The notes under the pieces are model-generated. The model was not told where the DNA came from and did not search any database. It was given only the letters and a program-made list of their open reading frames with translations. DNA of 64,000 bases from Octopus bimaculoides (Eukaryota), in the NCBI RefSeq assembly GCF_001194135.2, contig NC_068988.1:12864274-12928273 (forward strand). The letters run 5' to 3'. Shown in pieces: positions 24,901 to 36,900 of this stretch (positions are counted from its first letter, which is position 1; every line of letters begins with the position of its first letter). The position numbers and the translations under genes are program-made.

Positions 24901-27900
24901 ATAAAAGAAAAAAAAAAAGAAAAAAAACAGATGTAGACAAATGGCTTGTGAAAGCTGTATTAAATGCTACTGTTAACAAGTTCAGGATTAGCAATAAGCC
25001 TAATGAGAACTTGGTGTACAAGTAAATGTTGACCATACTATCATAAACCCCCTTATATTCATTATAGACACTGAAGCTATTAGAGTTCCAGCCTAACTGT
25101 CCTTGCAAGCATTTATCAAGTTCTCAGAGGAATCCGTCTCAAAGAATTGCAGAAAAAGTTCTAAAATTAGAAGCATGGCATCGAGCTTAAAAGTCAACAT
25201 GATGAATGCTTAAATATTAAACACTAACATTAAATAGTGTACATAAAATCCGGCTGTCAAATGGGAAGTCGATTGATATGTAGAAAGGAAGTTGGTAGGA
25301 ACTTGATATTGCATATTTAGTGCAGGCAATGGGTACAAAAGGGGTGCCACGGGATTTCTGGCACATTAACAAAGATCCAAGACTTTACATGTGATACAAA
25401 CAGTAGTAAGAATAAGAAGCATCCAACAGTTGAATTTCATAAATTGCTGACAGATAGACAACTAAGATATAGTTGAAAACTTGTTGCCACAATAATCTAG
25501 TGGTAGTTGCAGCAAAATTTGGAGCTTTAGTGCATCTGTTGGCAAAAAATGGTTTCTCTCCTCATGTAGACTGTAAAAAGTATGCACAAGTGTGATACAG
25601 CAGAGTAAGATATGGTTACTACAATGAAACACATGCACTGAAAGAAATGATCTGTTGGATGTGAACAGTTAACCAGCATAGAAAACGGAACGAAAGTGTA
25701 AAAGAGAGAGGGGAAAATATGTGCTATCAATGGAAAGAACCAATGGAAAAGGCAAGATGTAAGAATACGGTCAGACCTCACAGAAATTATGAAAACCCAA
25801 AATGCTTGTTAATTATGCCTTACATCAAACCCATACAACTATGAAGGGGGGAAATGTTAAAACAATTACTACACAAATTATATGCAAGAAATATTCCTTC
25901 TTTGAACATTAAATGAAAAAAATCCTTCCACATTATTATTTTACTGTGTCGTGAGGATCAAAGACTTGAAGTATTTCGTGTTGCAAGACAGTGTGTGAGA
26001 GAGAATCGTGATGTCGTAGGAGAGAAATGTGTTCGCATGGATGATGGTATGCTTGCACTAAACGAGGCTGCAAAGAAAGAGGTTTGGAGACACCACTACG
26101 GAAGATTGCTCAATAAAGAGAATGAATGGGAGAAAGAGAGTCTGCCGAATGTCGACCCAACAGAGGAACCAGCTATCCGAGTTGACAGTACCATAGTAGA
26201 TAAAACAATTAAGAGTATTAAGACAGGGAAAGTCCCCGGCCCATCAGGAATCACTGCAGAGATGCTCAAAATATCTGTCAGTGTCGGCTATAGCCTAGTC
26301 ACCCGTATTGCTAACTAGGTGATACACGAAGGAGTCATACCCAATGACTGGTATAGCAGCACCTTAGTCAACTGCTACAAAGGTAAAGGTGACGCTTTAG
26401 ATACAAATAATTACAGAGGTATCAAGCTGTTAGATCAGGTAATGAAAGTCACAGAGAGGGTCATAGCTCAACTAATTAGGGAGCGAGTCAGTTTAGATGA
26501 GATGCAGTTTGGATTCATGCCAGGGAAAAGCACCACTGATGCTATATTTCTGGTAAGACTGCTGCAGGAGAAATACCTAGCCAAGGATAAACCTCTGTAC
26601 CTGGCTTTCGTTGACATGGAGAAGACCTTTGACAGAGTCCCCCCGATCCCTTATCTGGTGGTCAATGAGGAAACTCGGGATAGAAGAATGGTTAGTGAGA
26701 GCTATGCGAGCCATGTACAGAAACGCTGTCAGTAAGGTGAGGGTTGGCAACTAGTACAGTGAAGAATTCCGAGTAGAGGTAGGGGTCCACCAAGGTTCTG
26801 TCCTCAGCCCCCTCCTACTTATCATAGTCCTCCAGGCGATAACAGGAATTCAAGACAGGATGCCCCTCGGAGCTCCTCTATGCTGATGACCTTGCACTAA
26901 TTGTTGAGTCACTATCAGAACTAGAGAAGTTTCAGGTGTGGAAGAAGGGACTAGAATCAAAGGGCCTTAGAGTCAACCTAGCTAAAATCAAAGTACAAAA
27001 TGCCTAACTGTGATTCAGTGATAAGTTACTTGAGCAACAACAAATCAGTACATGAAAATAAACAGGAATAAAATGTATGTAATACTTTGGGAATTTAACG
27101 TGATTAAATATAGGTTTGTACAGCAATTTTTACCCCTGACATAAGGAAAATCAAAACACTACACTGAGAAACAAAAAATATGGAATAATATTTTACTGTA
27201 CACTTAGTAAAAATACATGAACATAAAAAACAACCATTAAAATTAAAAGAATAAAGAATAAAAACAATACAAATATTACCTGTACATTATAAGGAACGCT
27301 TTTAACCTTCAAATTCTGAAAATTGTCTCTTGTTATCAATATCCTTAAATAAAAATATCTTTAAAAAAAAAAAACAACCAAAATTCACTGATGTTATCTA
27401 TATCACTAATACTATCAAGGTTATCAATGTTGCCCACCATCCAAAGCCACAATTTTAAAGAAATTTTGCAACTATTTTGGTTTTTACAGCATTCCATGAT
27501 TTTAGGACCTACTCACAGACCTGAGTGATTAACTGTTGGCCTTTTTGGGCCATCTGTTGGTATCAGTCACGATTTATGGTGCTCATCTAGTGATTCCACT
27601 CTTCTTAAATGTCTTAAAAAGCTAGATAATGGCCACATCAGTCATAACTGATTTGTTACTGTACCATGGACCTTTGCCATTTTCATCTCGACTCTGTGCA
27701 CCCTTTCTTTGATACTCATGCTTTATTAAAAACAAAACTGAGGCAGCATGAGTAAGGATACTTTTTAAGGAGGACACTAGAAAACGCAGGTCAGATTTTA
27801 TCCAGAGCTTAATCCCCTTTTTATCCATTCGCTCCTTTAGATGGATGTAAACAAATTCCACATGGAATTTTGTCCTTTGGTAAAGTTATTCTCTTAAATA

Positions 27901-30900
27901 TCAGCAGTGGTAGCAATTTTGTTCCATCAGCACATCATGACAGCACCACAGTATATAATGGGGTTTCTCCAAATCCAGATGTCTTAGCAGTTAGTTTTGG
28001 TCCCTTCAAGATCCATGTCCAATTTGAAATAAAATCAAACATTAATGGCACATCAGCCATGATTCGATCTTACCCAGTTCATAGTCTTCTTTCTTGCACT
28101 GTGAAATTAAATTACTACTTTGTTCTTACAACACTATGGTATTTGTTGTACTATTCTCAAAAATAACCATGTCTTTTCATAAAACTGTAGCATCAACTTG
28201 GCATGTCATGAAAATCATTCAGACCTCATGCTACTGTTTTCAGTTTAGATTAATAGTTTTTGTTGATGTTGAATTTTCTCCCAACACTATCCAATCCATT
28301 TTTGCCTCCAATTCTTGCAGTTTAGCTACAGGCTTATGCAAGTTATGTATACTTCTTCATACTGGCTTCAACAGATTCTTTTACTTCCTCCAGTAGCATA
28401 TCATTTTCTCAGTTGGAGGTGGTCCAAAATACCTCTTCAGCTCAGTCGCCATGCTGTTTGGCATATTTAAATTTTTTGCAGCTTATAGCCAATGGTGTAT
28501 GAGTGCCTTTTAATTCCAGATGCTATAATATAAGTGTTAGAAATTTCAAGTCAAAAGTTTTTTGAAGCTGTAGAACAAACCTAACTAGAACATATTTGAA
28601 TTTAAACTGATCAAAGGCAATACTTTTTAGACATTGAAGAGAAAGCCCATATTGATAAATTTTTTAAAGTATTATCTACATGTTATTAATCTTAGTATTA
28701 TCTACATGTTATTAATCTTAGTGCAGCATGCACAGCTAACAACTGAACATTTTTAGATTGAGAAACATTTTCAAGTAGTTTTTAACATACATTAATCTAC
28801 AACTGCAGTTGTCTGCTAAATTCAAGATTCTCATAGCTTGAGTGAGCCTGCCCTGAGACTGGCTGTTATGTTATGACAAGTCAGCAACACCACATGTACA
28901 ATGAAATAGTGCAATAGTATCGTTACATATACAGAGATACAAGAAATAAATCTTAAACTTTTCCAGAAAGATGCAAAGCATTTTTAAACAACTAAAAACA
29001 GCAACACTGTATAACAGTATTCCACAAGTGCACTCCATGTATCCTTTCAAGTTGAAACTTTTTCAAATACAAATCACAAGTTTTTGTTTTATGATCTAAG
29101 CTGTTTCTTTAATATGAAGTTCTATATTTAAAACTTCTTCAAACCATTTGCCAAGCACTGCTGACTGAATACATTTCATCACAGAATAACAAAATACTAA
29201 CAGATGAGTGTCTGGTTATTATGGTTTTAATAAGATTTACTAAATAACACAGTACAATTTTACATTTTTTTTTTTTTGTCACCTGATATTACCCCACTTA
29301 AAGTCAGGGTTCATAGATGTAAACAAAATTGATTAATTTTTAGTATAATTTACACACTTCATTCAGAGGTCATATACAAGAGTTCAAATTACTAACACAA
29401 ATCTTCCTCTAGGGTTAAAATAGATTATGAAAAATATAACCATCTTCTAGAAATTCACGGTATATCTTGAAGACTTATTTCAGGGGTAAAGAATAGCATC
29501 CTCACTGCCAGAAAATATGGTACATAAAACTAGGAAGGTAACAAAAACCTAATCTGCCAAATGTAAAAGAAAGGTCTTTGGTTCAATGGCATCATCAGAA
29601 ATGTATAAATGATACATGGTTAGTTCTGGGTTTTAATCTAATTAGAATTAATTTAGCCTTTTTAATACACCAGAATCATTAAATATCAGTAACACATTCT
29701 TTTTTTAACTACTACTATGCATTTAGTTAATTGGGCTTATGTGATTGCTTCATTTCATTTGAATTGCATAGTCAAGTGGTGTTCTTAGCCCTCAAGGAGT
29801 TTAGCTGAGGTTCTCCTCCATCTTACTTCTTGTACACAGTATACATCTACTTGCCCTCTTCTAGCATCTCTAGAATCTACAATCTCAAGAAAGAAGCAAC
29901 TGTAGAAATATCAAACTGATAGATCAAGTTATAAAAGTAACAAGTGTTTTAGAATAAATGTTCTGGCATCTCTAGAAATGATAATGAGATGCAGGTTGGA
30001 GCACTACTGATATAGATGAGAAGTTCTTAAGAATAAGCTATTCTTCTTAGCATATACAGAGTTCAAGAAGACCTTTGACATAATAGCATACTCTATAATC
30101 TGGTGGACATTAAGACAACTTGATATAAATGAAAAGTGTGCAAGTCATATACAAAAATGCTTTCAACATCAAGAGAGTTGCCAATGAGTTGAGAATTTAG
30201 TGGGAGGTTAGATGTCCACCAAGGATTAGTTCTCACTAGGCTCATGTTTACTAAAGTTCTCCAGGCCATAAAAGAGGAGTTGATGATCCAGTACTTATAA
30301 CTGAATCTGTGAAATATTCAGATGAAATCCAAGATATGGAAACAAAACCTCCAATTGAGAGAAGTCGAGTAAACTTTGCAAGGATTAAAATCTTAGTAAA
30401 TAAGAATAAAGACAGGCACTCCAATCATTAGAGAAATGGTTGTAATCAATATGGAGAAAAAGAACAGATAGAAACTGCATACATATTACTAAGGGTGTAC
30501 ATTCAGGTCTGCCAGGCTGCCAGAGAAAAGAGTCTCTGCATGTGACATGTATAAGAGTTACTAGCAGTTAGAGTACCAACAAAATAAATACTTTCCACGC
30601 CTCAAAATGGCTCCAGAGAAGTAACTGAGTTTCTGTGACCTAAACAGCCATGGAGAAATGTGCTGACAGACAGTAGTAGCCAAAATAAGAAGAGGGTGCG
30701 AGGTAAATTCAGAGAGCTATTAGCAAAGGGATTGTTTCTTCAAGCAAAGAACATTAAATAATACCTGTATATAAAGTGCAATGTTGCAATTTTGTGACAC
30801 CAGTCGTGAGTGTAGATGAGCAAAGGCTGGAAAGAAAGGAAGTATGCTCTACTGGCTATGTAATGAGAGTGGATATGGTAGATAGAAACTGTGCGGAAAC

Positions 30901-33900
30901 CTGCAGTATGTGTGTGCATGTTTGCCTTCCGTCACCACTTGAGAATTGGTGTTGGTTTGTTTATGCTCCCTTAACTTAGCAGTGCAACATAAAGAGACCA
31001 ATTGAATAAGTACCAAGCTTGAAAACAAACAATGGTGTCCATTTGTTTGACTAAACTTCTACAAGATGGTGCCCCAGAATGAATGAACAAGTAAAATATA
31101 AAAAGATAAAAAAGAGAAGATTGCATTAGTACAGTCTTGTAATGCATGTGGATTTTTGATAGTTGAGTAAAGGAGTCCCAGGTGATCCAAGTGAAAGGAA
31201 GGTGTGGAAGAGAAGGGTCAAAGAAGACAAGGGCAGGAGTAGTGAATAAAGAAAAAGAAAAGCAATAAGAGGTAAAATGTTATGGTAGCGAAGACCAGTC
31301 CAACCCACAACCATATGGAAAAAGACAATTATGATGAAAGCCATTTATGTTAATAACAAATGTTTCAAATGAAATATTCAAGTATAACTGAGTTTTCAAT
31401 AGTTTAAGTATAAAACATATCATATTTATGGAGCAATACTGATACAAGGAATAATTTTCAAAATCAGAAATGTTTACAATATGCAACCTCACAATTTGTT
31501 TTTGATAGTAAATCCACAGAATTTGCTAGGCATATTAAGTCAGAAAAAAATTTTAACAATAACAAATGAGTAGGAAAAAAAATTTGACAATAACAAATGA
31601 GAAGTAGACAAAAAATGATATTTTGGATTTAATAGGCTGCTTGATGGAGTGTAGTTCAGAGTCTGTTAGCTTGATGCTTCACTTTTTTTTTTTCCTACTC
31701 ATCACCATCAGCCATGCTGACACCACAAATTTACAATTACTATTGTTGCCAACTTTTACCAAACATACCATTTCATTCTCACCAGTACTTGTTAACCTAC
31801 CTATCGTTCAATATAATATTTATTCCTTTGGTGGAATGCATTAGAAAACAATACTCTTGCATTAAATCTCAACATCGCATTTAATAGATCATATATTAAA
31901 TCATAAATTTGTAACAGAGAATGGTACCCAGATCTAAAGTAATAACCTCTTTTCATTTCAATAACATAGTTACGTATTTTATTATTCAAGGTATTCATAA
32001 TAATCTAAATGTGAATTAACTCTCATCAGAATTGTCATTTCAAATTTAATTACGAAATGCTTTGTAGATTATTTACTCCATTATTTACATTTTTACATTT
32101 AGATTTTACTCAATTAGCAGGTACAAATTTCTGATAATTGGAAGGAAAAATTTTATGAAGATCTAATGTCCTAATCAGCAACACTTGTGTTTATGTATTT
32201 AAAGTGAAACATGCTAATATAAAGACAACTCACATAAGAACCTGATAGGAACCTACATTTTACCAAAACTACAGTACAATGACCACTTATAACATGTTAT
32301 GTTCAAATATCTAAAATGGCCCCAAAATTCTATGGTACCTGGTATAGGGATGATGGTGTAAATAATTTATTCCTGCTGAAGCATCAATGAGGTGTCCCAC
32401 AAATTAGTCACATATTCTTTATTTGTATTATCCTAGGTTTTGTTTTTAAAAATACCAATATTTATATGTCCTTTCAATCACAATTAACCAACAAATTTGC
32501 GTATTTGTTAAATAGTTCATTTTAAATTTGTGTTGAAACATCAAAAGAACTAGTTATCAGACCTGATAAAATGAACAGTTAAAATCTGAATTAATAGATA
32601 TAGCTACACCAACATATTTAAATTAAAAATTTTGAAGCTGATAAATGAAATTAATCTAATGAAATTTCTTTTTTCTGATAAATGGATACAAATATGAATG
32701 TAGTATGACTGACAAGTCAAATGCCAAACAGAAAAATCTTCAGAACAGCTGTTGTGATAACAATGATTAAAAAGTATGAAATAGTTCATGTAAGTACTGA
32801 GACTAATGCACTTTAAAGGAGGGAAAAAGAGGGGGGGAAATGAAAATCATTGATAACGCACATGGAATTTATAGAAATTAAGATAAACTACTCTTGCTTT
32901 GATCTAAAAGTGGAATTAGTAAATGGTATAAGATAATTTATAGGTAGATGAGGCTTTAATAAATTACTGAGAGAACCCTATTAATAACACCTTCAAAAAT
33001 ACAGGACATTTTATAAGGAACTTTATAATCCTCAAAAAAATATAAAACTAATCAATAAATTCTTTTTGTAAACATGTACTATCTATTATCAAATCCTTTA
33101 TATTCTAACAATTATTTTGGTAACCTGTGTGCAAGAATGAAGATAATTTGAACAATTCACAGCTAAGAGGAATGTAGAATAAAACTGGCAGCTTTTCTTG
33201 TCAAGGCCAACTAAACACAAACTTAGACATGAAAAATATACCACTTATCAACTTCTGATGACATTGAAAAATAAATACAAAACTATACTAGTTTCAGGCA
33301 CTGGACAGTGCTCATGCTGGAATAATGTCTTATAAGGTATAGTCAATTTCAATGACTCCATCAAATATTTTATGGACTGGCCTAGTATGGCTGTGTGGTT
33401 AAGAGGTTTCCTTCCAAACCACATGGTTTCAAGTTCAGTCCCTACTGTATGGCACCTTGGGCAAGTGTCTTCTATAATTACCTTGGGCCAACCAAAGACC
33501 TGAGTGGATTTGGCAGATGGGAACTGAAAGAAGCCCATCATATGCGATTGTGTGTTTCCACATCTTGACATACCACAATAGTTGCAAACAAGTTTCATCA
33601 TCAAATAAGCAGTGTTGTTGTCAATCTTCAGTGTAAATATGTCTGGCTATAGAAAGGAAATTCTTTGCTTGGAAACAGGTGAGGGTTGGCGACAAGAGCA
33701 TCTGGCGATAGAAAAATCTAACTCAATAAATTCAATCTGACCTATGCAAGCATGGAAAAGTGAACATTAAAACAATGATGTACGTATTTTATTGACAATA
33801 GAAGGATGGAAAGCAACGCAGACCTGCGCAAGACAACCAATTACCACAAGATGTTTTGTCCAACATTTTACTGACTCATTCATCCACTCGCAATTTTTGA

Positions 33901-36900
33901 AGATAAACCTGTAATATTTCTAAGAAAGCGATAAGCTGGAAAAAAATTCTTTAGAAAATATTGGTATTTATAATTACAGCAGCAAAATAAGAACATTTAC
34001 CAAGCCACAATTTACTGGTCACAGCTTGAACACAGCTAAAGGAATAGTAATGTGTATAAAGCACCTTTATAACTGGGTGATATGATGTGTAAAACAATAA
34101 AGCAGAGCAGTCAATTTTAATTTGTTAGAATGAATTCTATATTTATTATTTATTTATAAAATGAAACAATGACAGAAAGTGCTCGGGATGGGCTTCAATT
34201 CCCAAAATTGTTTAATAAAAACAACAGAAGCAGTATTAGACTAATAAAGTAAACATCTGTATATCATACTTCAACCAATTACATCACGAAAAGGCAAATT
34301 AACTATGGTATTCATCCAGAGACGATATCGCTTCTGGACAGACTGCATTTAAAAACACATATATATATCAACAGATGAAAATTATCCAGCAGCATGTACT
34401 CACTGTTAAATGTACCACATGCTAAGACAAAATCTGTTGTCACTGATATAGGAAAACAGTGACTGAAAAACCACTGGTCTGACAATTAGCTGCCTGGCCA
34501 AATAAAAAAACCTTTTATATACAACAGCAATATTAGATTAAAATAGCCTTAAGAGAAAATACATAAAGAGAGACAAAGCACAAATAACCAAGGAACATGT
34601 GCATGTTACATTTTAGATTGGCTGCAGTACAGAAGGCTCAAACAAGTGCAAAGACATGGAACAGTTGGCAACACATCCAGCTGTATTTATCCAAGAGGAA
34701 CTCGGGGATATGTCTAGTACCATAATATCAGTCTTACTTGAATACCACTCTCTTCAATGATTTATAAACAGGAGAAATGAAAGTATTGAAAGAACAAAAG
34801 TATTCAATACAAGTAAATCAATAAGGACTATTTTGTATAGTAGTGCCAAAAATTATTACACATGAAATAAAAATTAGTAGTAATACACTTAATTTTCAAA
34901 AATTAAAATCTGGGTAGCAGCAAAAATTTTCAATAAAAAATTTGAAATTTGTCTAAAGACTTCTCATACGAATGGGACTGTCCTGGGACTTCAACCTTGT
35001 TGATAAGATGATAAAAATTTATATTCTGAACGGTTGTCACCTAATTTTCAAATAAGTCATAGTGCTGACAATTTCAATATTTTAATACTACTCTCCCTTA
35101 ACGAAAAAATATTTTTAATACTCGAAATGAATACTAATAGTTTTAAATAAATGAAAACTCTAAACTGATTTATTGCTAAACATGTTATGATACAGTCAAT
35201 GGAGTCTCGCCAAATTTATTGCCCAACTTTATCTTAAAGCAGATTGTCGAACATCTGTTTATGTCAACAGTGAAAACCACATAAACCAATTGATTGAAGT
35301 ACTGGAGTGCTTATTGTTTGTGAATTACTGAGTTTTTATAAATATTGCATAATCAAAGTAGTTTCACTTACCAGCTAGTGAAAGGACTATCAAGAGTGCA
35401 AAATGTACGAAATAACATGCTCTACTTGCTGCTGTATCAAGGAGATTTTCTCCAGTTCCTCCATCCAGCTTTGCCTCATCTGCTTCCCCATCATTTCCTA
35501 ACAAACTCAGACACTTGTTTCTAACGTTCATGCATATAAATCTTATGGGGCATCCTATTGCCAAACTGCTCTTTTCAACACGTTTATAAATGTCAAAGGA
35601 AACAAAGGTCTCATTGTTCCTTGTTCAACACTAAGCATAAGTTAATACAAAATACATCAAACATCATAAAATAGTGCCAATTCTTGCTAAGCTCTTCCAT
35701 ACTCTTCTCTATACAATATACACATGTACCCTCATTTTCAAAGAGAACAGCTCCTTGAACCCAATTCACTTTTGCTCTTACAAAAATGATCATGATTGAT
35801 AACCACCAGTATAGGTTCCAAAAAGCCCATTAGACAGCTCATGTCCATCATAATGAGTTCTCTTGAATCAACAACCACACACTCTTATGTTGACATGCTC
35901 CCTAAATTCCTTCAAATCATCAAAAGCTATTATTGGACATAAACTTCTTCCATTAATAACCCTTTCTAAATATGTTGCAATAATGATATTGTGGAAAATA
36001 GTTCATTCAATACCACCAAATAACAGGCAATACACAAAAGATCCCAACTCCTTTATCTCCTCTACAAATAATGCAAAAACTAGTAATCTGAACCCCTCAT
36101 AGTGGTTACTCTTCAGCAAAATTACACTGTAAAAGTTGGATTTTCTTTTCATGGTCAAAAAACACTTCAACCACAAGCCTTGCATAATCAAAAATCCATT
36201 TCACACTAGAACCATTAATATATCAGCAATAATGCAATAAAATACATTCTATACCACAAATTAAAAATTTCCTGCATCTTCTACACTAACAATAAATACT
36301 GGGCATTGAACTTTAATTTGCAAAGTAAACACCACCTAAATCTACTTTTGCTTCATTATATTTTGTTTCTTATTCTCTGTACTAAAATACTCCAATCCTT
36401 TCACATGCTCTCTTTTCAAGCACTAACCAACAATAATCCAAATTAGTTTGTTAATCTCAAATTGTTCTAATTTACCAAATTAGGTGAACCTAGAAAAGCT
36501 CTATTATAAAAATGTAAACTCAGTTTAACAAAGGAAAAGTTTCTAAACCTAAAACTCTATACTTTAAAAAATCATTAGTCATTTAACACAACCATGGAGT
36601 GCATAACTCAGCCAACTAGATCAGGAGTTAAAAAAAACTACCAAAAATTCATACATCTTAAAACGAACACCAAGTGCACTGTAATGAAGATGAACTTAGG
36701 ATATCATACTATAAAATATCAAATGTTTTGTCCATCCTCTAAGTTACTAAAAATTCTCCAGAATCAGATGAGTTTTATCCCACTATTTCCAAAACTTCAA
36801 TAAAATGTTTTAAAAATCTGGAATCAAATGATTAATTTGTTTAGCAGATGTTAGTCTTCTATTGAATTACAGCAAGGAACCTGCTTCAAGCAAGGATTAG

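Noticed and set aside
28668-28722. 26-bp tandem duplication (similar short ones at about 12197-12243 and 31545-31605)
   Set aside because: Ordinary slippage duplications with no further structure.
33378-33460. tRNA-like box A/B sequences here and in other SINE heads
   Set aside because: No complete cloverleaf; these are SINE heads, not tRNA genes.
35364-35564. ORF ending in a hydrophobic GPI-signal-like tail
   Set aside because: It is the antisense reading of a LINE RT relic.
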